Source: Acidilobaceae archaeon
GTDB taxonomy: Archaea > Thermoproteota > Thermoprotei_A > Sulfolobales > Acidilobaceae
DNA length: 64,000 nt
Direction of reading: 5' to 3'
NCBI GenBank assembly: GCA_038897215.1
Contig: JAWAWX010000001.1
Location: forward strand, 384,001-448,000
Of the stretch, positions 55,716 to 63,140 are shown in pieces; within the stretch, counting starts at the first letter, position 1, and each line of letters opens with the position of its first letter. Position numbers and translations under genes: made by a program. Below the pieces are notes generated by a model. The model saw only the letters and a program-made list of their open reading frames with translations. It was not told the origin of the DNA and ran no database searches.

Positions 55716-56092
55716 CCAGAAGAGAGGGGCTTCGAAGATTCGCCGAGTTGCTGGCTAATGACTTCGATGTCGAGCCGCCAGCACTAGAGGTAGCGGGGAG
55801 GGATAAGCTACAAGAGGTCTGCGGCTCCCCCGTACTTGCTTGCTACAACTTCTACGAGAAGAAGATGTACGTTGGGGAGGACGTCGACTTATGGACGTTT
55901 CTCCACGTGTTCAGCCACCATCTACGCCTCTCCTTCCTAAACTGGGACGCTGAGAAGTTCCGCAGCGAGTTGCTGAAGTCGATGCTCGACCCTCTCTACT
56001 CGATGCCCCACGAGGCTGAAGCCGAGAGGTTCGCTAGAGTCTTCGCGAAGCTCTATAGGAAAGTGTGGGAGGAGCTAGTCGAGAAAGCCTAG
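55712..56092 (+). CDS. Zincin-like (HExxH) small protein with catalytic Glu replaced
   Basis: LACYN....MYV, TFLHVFSHH, PHEAEAERFA. Confidence 0.7.
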   Translation: MTRREGLRRFAELLANDFDVEPPALEVAGRDKLQEVCGSPVLACYNFYEKKMYVGEDVDLWTFLHVFSHHLRLSFLNWDAEKFRSELLKSMLDPLYSMPHEAEAERFARVFAKLYRKVWEELVEKA

Positions 56093-56114
56093 AGTGGAGC
56101 GAGAACTCTCCCAG

Positions 56115-56136
56115 CTCGGAGAGCGCGTTCTCCGAG
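56115..56136. terminator. Hairpin between convergent genes
   Basis: CTCGGAGA-N6-TCTCCGAG, a perfect 8-bp stem. Confidence 0.35.
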
Positions 56137-56137
56137 T

Positions 56138-56407
56138 CTAGAGCTGGCTTCTCTTCTCCTCCGCGAGAGCTCTGACTTCGCCGACCTCGACTATATCAGT
56201 AGGGATTCCGTCGACCTCTCTCGGTATGACCTCGTGGGGCTTGAGGAAAGCTAGCGGTAGCTTCCTAGACACGTATACTCTTATGCAGAGCTCTCCTGGG
56301 ACCTCCTTGCCTCCCCTGATTCTAGGCATTAGCTTGTTACTAATCCCTACGACGTTAGGGTATCTTGAGAGAATCCTCCATAAGCGGTCCCAGTCTAGAG
56401 TAGCCAA
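56138..56407 (-). CDS. Stand-alone copy of the Nal1-like protease N-terminal domain
   Basis: 57/74 aa identical to residues 5-78 of the protease at 54281-55264. Has its own TTG start and TAG stop. Confidence 0.88.
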   Translation of the reverse strand: MATLDWDRLWRILSRYPNVVGISNKLMPRIRGGKEVPGELCIRVYVSRKLPLAFLKPHEVIPREVDGIPTDIVEVGEVRALAEEKRSQL

Positions 56408-56495
56408 GCTCTCCGAGCCCCCCGCTTGGGGGAGTAGGGGAGCCTAATGCCTCTATTGCTCTCTTCCTCGTTTTAACCGGCTTCTAGACAGGCCC

Positions 56496-56553
56496 GGGAG
56501 TTAACTCTACTTAAACGTAAACCGCACGAAGGACTGGAGTAGAGTTAACTCCC
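56496..56553. repeat. Perfect 16-bp inverted repeat with 26-bp spacer
   Basis: GGGAGTTAACTCTACT (56496-56511) and AGTAGAGTTAACTCCC (56538-56553). Each arm contains the palindrome GAGTTAACTC. Confidence 0.92.
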
Positions 56554-56843
56554 AGTTAGCTGTAATGTGGGGGCTCACGAGCCTCCTTGAGGCTGATTAG
56601 AGGCTTTCTGCTAGAGTGTCTCTAGTGGGAGCCGAGGCGCTCGATGAGATGCGCTAGCTTGAGCGAACAGTATTACGCTAAGCCGCGCGAGCCTGGGGAG
56701 AGCGAGTGCTAGAGCCTGCTCGCGAGAAGCCCCTCTAGGAGCTCTCGAAACTAGCCGTAAGACGGAGAATCTCATAGAGAGCGTGAGCGAGAAGAGCTTT
56801 ACGCTCGGCTTCCGGGGGAGGGGCTGGCTCGCCTTCGGCTCTC

Positions 56844-57254
56844 TCAGCTGGAGTATCGGGAGGCTGTCGCTACCTCCTTCTCGTGGGCTCTCATGCTTCT
56901 ATCAGCGTAGTGTGCTGTGTAGTGCTTGGGCTTGAGGGCTTTGACTATGACCTCGAAGGCTCTCGCCGGGTCTGTGTGGTCTCCGCAGGTGAATATGTCT
57001 ACGGTAGCGTACTCGTACTCTAGCCACGTGTGTATCGCCACGTGGCTCTCCGTTACTAGCGCTATGACTGAGACTCCTCCCTTCTTCCCCCCGAACTTCC
57101 AGCTCTTGACCTCGTGGAGTCTGGCTCCTGAGGCGTTGACGGCCTCGACCACGATCTCTCTGAGCCTCTCCTCGTCTCCGGCGAGCTCTCTGTCTATGCT
57201 GTAGAGACTGCCGTAGACGTGCTTCCCGACTATATAGTCTCGGCCATTATGCAT
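56844..57254 (-). CDS. Pyruvoyl decarboxylase proenzyme, AdoMetDC fold; probably the crenarchaeal arginine decarboxylase paralog
   Basis: [25 protein letters not shown] cleavage site, HTW.EY, TCG, YADRS. Confidence 0.9.
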   Translation of the reverse strand: MHNGRDYIVGKHVYGSLYSIDRELAGDEERLREIVVEAVNASGARLHEVKSWKFGGKKGGVSVIALVTESHVAIHTWLEYEYATVDIFTCGDHTDPARAFEVIVKALKPKHYTAHYADRSMRAHEKEVATASRYSS

Positions 57255-57391
57255 CTCTATGCTTCAGCCTCAAGTAGCAACTCCTCGAGCTTCGAGCTAT
57301 TAAGCTCTACGGGAGCCCAGAGAGGCTACGAGCTGGTCGGCTCGCTAACCTGCGGTAATCCCGTGAGATGCTACGAGCTAAGAGCTCGCTC

Positions 57392-57886
57392 TCAGTTTCT
57401 CCGGCCGTGACCGTGGCCTTTGATCTCGTCTAGGAGGTACTCTGACATCTCCTCCAGGATGTCTAGCACTACGCTGACAGCGCTAGGGTTCCCCGGGCAG
57501 GCCACGACTAGAGACTCTCTCACGATGAAAGCCGTGGCAGAGCTCTGAACAGCTCTCAATCCGACCTCCGCGGAGCTCCTCCTCCTATGCTCCTCCCCGA
57601 AGCCAGGGAGCTCTTTCCGCGCTATTCTCCTCAAAGCCTCTACTGTGACATCGCGTGGACTCATACCAGTACCTCCAGTAACCACGACCACGCTCGCTCT
57701 CCCAGCTAGCTCTAGAACCGCTCCCCTAATCTCCCCGGGGTCGTTGGGTATCACTCTGTAAGCCACGAGCCTGAAAGGAGGCCTAGTACACCTCCTCCTA
57801 ACAATCTCCCACGTCTCATCCCTCTTACCGCCCCAGTAGACAGAGTTACTCGGGACAACGAAAGCCACAGGAACCTCGGCCACCAA
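57392..57886 (-). CDS. moaB: Molybdopterin adenylyltransferase MoaB/Mog family
   Basis: TGGTGMSPRDVT, LPGFGE, PGNPSAV. Start uncertain. Confidence 0.88.
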   Translation of the reverse strand: MVAEVPVAFVVPSNSVYWGGKRDETWEIVRRRCTRPPFRLVAYRVIPNDPGEIRGAVLELAGRASVVVVTGGTGMSPRDVTVEALRRIARKELPGFGEEHRRRSSAEVGLRAVQSSATAFIVRESLVVACPGNPSAVSVVLDILEEMSEYLLDEIKGHGHGRRN

Positions 57887-58002
57887 GCCGGCACCAAGCC
57901 GCTCCCGCCGACGCGAGCCTTTAACCACACACACCTACCCACCAAGAAAGCCAAAGCGTTGAGAATTCAGCACATGAAGCCACGAGGATATAGAAATTAG
58001 AT

Positions 58003-58422
58003 GTGTGGGCTTTTCCTAGGTCTAGACCAGAGCATAGATGTAATAGGGGAAGTGACAAGGAGGTGGAGGTGTTGCGCAGAATGCGTGCATTTTCAAGGTT
58101 TGCGTGTCGGCTTCTAGACTCTCCATGTGATGCTCTCGTTTACCTCGTGGAAACTCATTTCTTAAGGTCTAGGCGTGGGTCTCCTCGACCATCGTTCGTG
58201 AGATATGTCGTTATTGCTACTCTATTCTTACTGTCATCTCTAATTATTTTCGTTATTGTCTCCTGGATTGTGTGGCTTATGTTGAATCTCTTGGGAGGCC
58301 ATGTATACGGCTTGGAAGCTCTTGTACTCTTCTTTTTGCCTTTTCTGACTGCATCTCTGCCTTTTCTGTGCTCGATTAAATATTTTCAACGCGCGCTCAA
58401 ACACTTAAGGGTTAGGGTTTGA
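58003..58422 (+). CDS. Hypothetical membrane protein with atypical low-GC composition
   Basis: Two hydrophobic helices and T-rich codons unlike the neighbours. The real start may be near ATG 58081, after AGGAGGTGG. Confidence 0.5.
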   Translation: MWAFPRSRPEHRCNRGSDKEVEVLRRMRAFSRFACRLLDSPCDALVYLVETHFLRSRRGSPRPSFVRYVVIATLFLLSSLIIFVIVSWIVWLMLNLLGGHVYGLEALVLFFLPFLTASLPFLCSIKYFQRALKHLRVRV

Positions 58423-58423
58423 G

Positions 58424-59329
58424 CTAGGGGCTTCTGATGTATCCCGAGCCGTCGCAGACGGTCTTGGTGACTAGTATCCCTTCTCTGCATGTAGCGAACT
58501 CTAGTGCGTGCTTCTCTGTTGCTTCTCGCGCTTTCTCTAGTATCTCCTGCCTCAGGCTTCTCTTGAGATATCTGTAGCCGCGGACCCTCTCTCCCTCGAG
58601 CCGGTACAGTCTCCTGAGCTCTCCCTCTATGCTCGGTAGTGCTCTCGCTAGCCTCTCGAAGTTATCCGGCTTGGCTTTGTAGGTGCTCGCTGTTATCTGG
58701 AGTGCTCCTGCTCTCGCTGCTTCCCTGACTACTGCCTCTATGTTCTCGCTCGAGTCGTTAACTAGAGGGATGATTGGATCAAGCCTGATAGTCACAGGGA
58801 TCCCCGCGGACGCGAGTCTCGCCACTGCTCTCAGCCTGAGCTGGGGCGGGGGCGCTCCCGGCTCGAGGATAGCCGCTAGCCTCTCGTCTAGCGTGGTCAC
58901 TGTCACCGCCACGGCCACTCTACCCTTGTGCTTCTCCAAGACTTCAGCGTAGTCTAGGAGCACGTGGGGAGCCTTAGTCGTGACCAAGACTCTGAACCCT
59001 CTGGAGAGCAGCAAGCCGAGGACTCTGGCTGTCGCTCTATGCTCTAGCTCGAGAGGCTGGAGGGGGTCGCTGCTAGCCGAGAGCTCTACGAGAGAGCCCC
59101 GGGGGACTCGGCGCGAGTCTCTCTCGACGCTCTCGACGAGCCCCGGCTTCAAGCGGGGCTCGAAGAACCTCCTGATGTAGCTCGAGGCGTAGCAGTAGAG
59201 ACACCCGTGGCCGCAGCCGGTGTAAGGGTTCACTGTCCACTTGGGGGGGCAAGTGCACAGAGGAGACCTCCACGGGTCGAAGGGTCTCAGGACTCTCCAG
59301 CTCCCCGACCCCATAGAGCCGTGCTCCAC
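58424..59329 (-). CDS. Radical SAM protein, SPL-like family
   Basis: FDPWRSPLCTCPPKW, NPYTGCGHGCLYCYA, SSDP, LEPGAPPP, RLDPIIP, CREG. Confidence 0.92.
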   Translation of the reverse strand: MEHGSMGSGSWRVLRPFDPWRSPLCTCPPKWTVNPYTGCGHGCLYCYASSYIRRFFEPRLKPGLVESVERDSRRVPRGSLVELSASSDPLQPLELEHRATARVLGLLLSRGFRVLVTTKAPHVLLDYAEVLEKHKGRVAVAVTVTTLDERLAAILEPGAPPPQLRLRAVARLASAGIPVTIRLDPIIPLVNDSSENIEAVVREAARAGALQITASTYKAKPDNFERLARALPSIEGELRRLYRLEGERVRGYRYLKRSLRQEILEKAREATEKHALEFATCREGILVTKTVCDGSGYIRSP

Positions 59330-59462
59330 GCAAGCCAGCTCGGAGACTTGAGCCTAATCAAGCTTACACGAGCCGCCGGCCCCGCGTGCCGGAACCCGTG
59401 TCAGCGCTCTTAGCCCCCACTGCCGCGCCGGGCTCTCGGCCCTCTCTCCTCGGCTGGTCTGC
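59330..59462 (-). ncRNA. Candidate multi-stem structured leader RNA upstream of the radical SAM gene
   Basis: Closing stem CCAGC..GGAGA/TCTCC..GCTGG plus internal hairpins. G-U pairs favour the minus strand. Confidence 0.4.
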
Positions 59463-59564
59463 CGTGAGAGGTGCTTAGACGCGCTAGAGAACTCCATCAG
59501 CCGTCTTGGGGGAGCTCGTTTTTAGAGTAGATTAGCTTCGGGGGCTTGTTGAGGAGCTGGGTGG

Positions 59565-59816
59565 TTGCTTGTGGTTAGGAAGCGTCTCGTTATCAGTAGG
59601 GAGGCATGGGAGGCGTGTACTGCTACCCCCTCCCACTCTCTCGTCGGCTTTATGGAGGACCTTAAGCCTGGCGAGGAGGTAGAGATTGTTGGAGACGAGG
59701 AGTACGCTCCTTTGGAGGCTGTGGTCAGGATCCTCACGTGGAGGTGGAGAGTTGAGGTTGTTGGCGTCGAGAGAGAGGGGCATAGGTACGTCTTGAGGGT
59801 TAGGAAGGTGGGCTGA
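59565..59816 (+). CDS. TusA/SirA-like small sulfur-carrier-fold protein
   Basis: Single Cys, LKPGEEVEIVGD, YVLRVRK. Abuts the cysteine desulfurase gene. Confidence 0.6.
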   Translation: MLVVRKRLVISREAWEACTATPSHSLVGFMEDLKPGEEVEIVGDEEYAPLEAVVRILTWRWRVEVVGVEREGHRYVLRVRKVG

Positions 59817-61049
59817 TTGGGTTTCAGCTGCGAGAAGGTTAGAGAGGACTTCCCCGAGCTCTCTAGGCGGAAGGTAGTCTACCTGGATAGCACTGCTAGT
59901 AGCTTGAAGCCCAGGCGGGTCATTGAGGCTATGGCTGAGTTCATGAGCTACAGCTACGCTAACGTCCATAGAGGAGTCTACACTCTCTCTCTCGAGGCTT
60001 CAAGAGCATACGATGAAGCTCATGAGGTCGTAGCTAGATTCATAGGAGCTAGAGACTGGAGAGAGGTGGTCTTCACCAAGAGTACTACCGAGGCTATGCA
60101 GCTCCTAGCTCAAACCTTCATCCACAACAGGATAGTAAAGCAGGGTGATGAAGTGATACTGACTGAAGCAGAACACAACAGCACTCTACTCCCGTGGTAT
60201 AGAGCGGCGAAGAGCGCTGGAGCTAGAGTAAAGCTAGTCCCCGTAGACGAGGAGGGAGTACCTCGCTGGAGTCTCCTAGAGAGCATGGTCTCGGAGAAGA
60301 CTAGAGCAGTCGTCTTCGCTCACGTCTCAAACGTTACCGGCTACGTATCAGACGTCAGGAGAATAGCTAGGATAGCTCACAGCGTTGGAGCATACGTGGT
60401 AGTCGATGGAGCTCAGTCTGTTCCACACTTGAAGACTAGAGTCTACGAGCTGGAAGCAGACTTCTTAGCATTCAGCGGTCACAAGATGCTAGGGCCCACG
60501 GGCATAGGGGTTCTCTGGGGCCGCCTAGACATCCTGGAGGACTTAGAGAACCCTCTTGGTGGAGGCGATACCGTGAAGAACGTGACTCTAGCAGGCGAAG
60601 ACCTTATCATAGAGTGGGAAGACTTGCCGATGAGGTTCGAAGCAGGGACGCCCCCGATAGTCGAGGCAGTGGGCTTAGCCGAAGCCGTGAGATACCTTGA
60701 GTCGCTCGGCATGGAGAGCGTTGAGGAGCACGATAGAGAGCTCACTAGGCTCGCTCTCAGAGAGCTCGAGGAGATCGAGGAGGTCAAGATCGTCGGCCCC
60801 CGAGACCCCCAGAAGAAGACAAGCATAGTGGCTTTCAACGTGGGTAGTGTAGCCCCAGACCTGGTGGGGCTCTGGCTTGACAGCATGGGGATAGCTGTGA
60901 GGACGGGGCGCCACTGCGCTCACGTGCTCCACCAGAGGCTAGGCTTGCCTCTGGGAAGCGTTAGAGCCAGCTTCTACGTCTACAACTGCAGGGAGGACGT
61001 GTACGCTCTAAGCGAGGCTCTGAGAAAGCTCTCGGCTACGATAAAGTAG
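59817..61049 (+). CDS. sufS: Cysteine desulfurase, SufS family
   Basis: YLDSTASS, NVHRG, DGAQS, SGHKMLGPTG, FEAGTP, RTGRHCA. Confidence 0.95.
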   Translation: MGFSCEKVREDFPELSRRKVVYLDSTASSLKPRRVIEAMAEFMSYSYANVHRGVYTLSLEASRAYDEAHEVVARFIGARDWREVVFTKSTTEAMQLLAQTFIHNRIVKQGDEVILTEAEHNSTLLPWYRAAKSAGARVKLVPVDEEGVPRWSLLESMVSEKTRAVVFAHVSNVTGYVSDVRRIARIAHSVGAYVVVDGAQSVPHLKTRVYELEADFLAFSGHKMLGPTGIGVLWGRLDILEDLENPLGGGDTVKNVTLAGEDLIIEWEDLPMRFEAGTPPIVEAVGLAEAVRYLESLGMESVEEHDRELTRLALRELEEIEEVKIVGPRDPQKKTSIVAFNVGSVAPDLVGLWLDSMGIAVRTGRHCAHVLHQRLGLPLGSVRASFYVYNCREDVYALSEALRKLSATIK

Positions 61050-61070
61050 AGTACAGCCTGGCGGGAAAGC

Positions 61071-61499
61071 CTATCCCAGCATGGCGAACTCAGGGTTAGC
61101 GAGGAAGACTAGAGCCCCCTCTCCGTAAGCGTACCTAGCCGCCTCTACTAGAGCGAAGCCTCCGGGGCTTAGCTTTATGTTGCCTCCGCCTATGAGAGCA
61201 GTCACGATAGCCTCTATGCTTGGAGAGTGCCCCACGAAGACCGCTCCGTCTCTCACGTATCTCGCTATAGCCTCGAAGCTAGCTATTGCTGGAGCTAGCT
61301 CCGAGAGAGTCGCGTAGCTCGACTTCTTCACCTTAGCTATGACTCTCGCTGTCTCCACGGCTTTATCGTAGGGGCTAGAGTAGACGATCGACGGCCTGAT
61401 CGGGAGGAGCTTGGCCATGAGTTCTGCCTGAAGAGAGTTGATATCGCGTAGAGACGCTCCAACCCCCTCAGCGTGCCTGAAGAAAGCGAGCCTCAGCAC
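61071..61499 (-). CDS. Histidine phosphatase superfamily protein (SixA-like)
   Basis: FFRHAE, SSPY.KAVETA, VGHSP. Confidence 0.85.
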   Translation of the reverse strand: MLRLAFFRHAEGVGASLRDINSLQAELMAKLLPIRPSIVYSSPYDKAVETARVIAKVKKSSYATLSELAPAIASFEAIARYVRDGAVFVGHSPSIEAIVTALIGGGNIKLSPGGFALVEAARYAYGEGALVFLANPEFAMLG

Positions 61500-61549
61500 G
61501 CACAGCCCCTCCAGTCTCTCGCTCCCGAGCGTTTATCCGAGAGTCCAGC

Positions 61550-62659
61550 CTAATCAATCCGATCGATCTGCTCTACTCCACCTAGGGGGAGCTCCACATC
61601 AGCTACCTCCATCAAGACTATCGTGGCGTAAGCGGAGGGCGGGAGGCAGAACGCGATCTCGGCTCTCGAGACTCCGGCTTTGCAGGTCTTGAAGGCTATG
61701 GGGAAGAGGAGAGGCCTCAGGGGGGCTCTCGGAGGGAGCTCTTCAACCCTAACCCCCTCCTCTTCAATCACGCTTCTCACTATCTCAGCCCAGCGCGTGC
61801 CGCTCTTCAGGAGTCTTCTCGAAGGGAGCCTAGCTGCCGGTACTCTCGCTTCTACTCCACAGGCTACTAGGGAGACTCTGGTCTCCGCTATCTCCACGAC
61901 TCTCTCCTCGAGAGCTCTGGAGAGAGCTCTGTTGAAGAGGTATGACTGGAGAGCTTCTCCAGCGATCCTAGGGGCTCTCTTAAGCGAGACCCAGGGGCTC
62001 TTCTCCTCGGCTGCTTCTCTGAGAGCTCTACTCTCGTAGCCCAGACTTCTCGCGAGGTCTTCGAGAGGGTACCTGTAGGAGTACTCTCTCAGAAGCCAGC
62101 CCCCCTCTCTCCCCGCTAGCCTGAGCCCGTAGATGTGAGTAGAGGGCCTCGACAGACCGAATCTCTGCGGCCCGTAGAACCCGGGGATTGCCGCTAGAGC
62201 CTCTAGGTTACCGCAAACCCTACCGGGCTCCTCTGTCTCCAAGACTATCTTGAAGATGTTCCCGGAGTGAGAGCCTGGGCGGAGAGCTCCCCCCTCTCCC
62301 AGAAGCCACGCTTTGACTCTACCGAGGTCTACGAAGCACCGCTCGTCTCCAGGCTCGAGGAGAGAGATGTATTGGTAGGAGACTCCCCACGAGTCCTTGA
62401 GTCCAGCGAAGCTCGCTCTCCGGGCTCTGAGCTCTCGTTTCAGCATGCTGGCAGCAGCGAGAGTAGGAGTGTCCTCCTTCCTCACGAGGTACAAGCGCCA
62501 CCCCTCCTCCTCGTTGAGTAGCGCGGGCTTGAGCTCGAAGACTCTGAACTCTCGGGGGAGGAATACTGCTCTAGGCTTTCCAGCGTCTTCGAGAAGGCTT
62601 CTCTCGATGCCCCAGAGTCTCCGCAAGCTCTCTCTGAGACCTCGAGAGCTCTCACCCAA
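61550..62659 (-). CDS. truD: tRNA pseudouridine(13) synthase TruD
   Basis: FRVFE, FAGLKD, GNIFKI, PGFYGPQRFG, ALQSYLFN, LPPSAYAT. Confidence 0.9.
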   Translation of the reverse strand: MGESSRGLRESLRRLWGIERSLLEDAGKPRAVFLPREFRVFELKPALLNEEEGWRLYLVRKEDTPTLAAASMLKRELRARRASFAGLKDSWGVSYQYISLLEPGDERCFVDLGRVKAWLLGEGGALRPGSHSGNIFKIVLETEEPGRVCGNLEALAAIPGFYGPQRFGLSRPSTHIYGLRLAGREGGWLLREYSYRYPLEDLARSLGYESRALREAAEEKSPWVSLKRAPRIAGEALQSYLFNRALSRALEERVVEIAETRVSLVACGVEARVPAARLPSRRLLKSGTRWAEIVRSVIEEEGVRVEELPPRAPLRPLLFPIAFKTCKAGVSRAEIAFCLPPSAYATIVLMEVADVELPLGGVEQIDRID

Positions 62660-62670
62660 GACCCGAGCAC

Positions 62671-63039
62671 CTAGTACAGCTTGAGGCTCCCCGTCACTCT
62701 ATCCACTAGATGTGCTGGAGCCGGCCCCACTGCTACAGCTGTGAGAGTACCGGGCTCTAGCTGAGTTCTCCCAGCGTCTCTCACGAGAGAAGCGGGGAGC
62801 CCCTCGGCTCTAGCTCTCTCGTAGACTTCTAGAAGCTCCTTCTCCGAGTCGACGCGCAACACGACCTTAGTCTGCCCCTGAGAGAGCCAGCTCTCAAGCC
62901 ACTCTCTCCACTCTCTCCTACCGCTTCTCAGAGCCTCCATTACCGCCTCTACGCTAGCGTGAGCAGCTTGAGCTGCAGCCTTCCCCCTACCCATCTCCAA
63001 GTCGCGCCTCAAGACTATAGCCTGCTTGAACTCAGCTAA
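62671..63039 (-). CDS. pth2: Peptidyl-tRNA hydrolase Pth2 (probable non-canonical start)
   Basis: FKQAIVLRRDLEMGRGKAAAQAAHAS, GQTKVVL, DAGRTQL, GPAP, LKLY. The conserved first strand lies upstream of the first TTG. Confidence 0.95.
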   Translation of the reverse strand, partial: LAEFKQAIVLRRDLEMGRGKAAAQAAHASVEAVMEALRSGRREWREWLESWLSQGQTKVVLRVDSEKELLEVYERARAEGLPASLVRDAGRTQLEPGTLTAVAVGPAPAHLVDRVTGSLKLY

Positions 63040-63140
63040 AGCCCCCCACCCGCTCTAGAGCTTCTGCTCGAGGGAGGCGAAGAGGTTAAGCTTAAATTCG
63101 GTGAAAGCCCCCCAGCTCGCGGCTGAGGGGGTGTTATTGC

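Noticed and set aside
56626-56812. Hammerhead ribozyme (CGATGA...GAAAC)
   Set aside because: The core is not CUGAUGA, and the stems do not join the two motifs in the required topology.
59330-59500. Known riboswitch, SRP, RNase P or 5S identity for the GC-rich segment, and a 47-codon minus-strand ORF
   Set aside because: The diagnostic consensus motifs are absent and the ORF has atypical codons. Kept only as an unassigned structured-RNA candidate.
63038-63115. Direct repeat AAAGCCCCCCA occurring twice
   Set aside because: Only two short copies, one of which is the pth2 RBS on the minus strand. Not an array.
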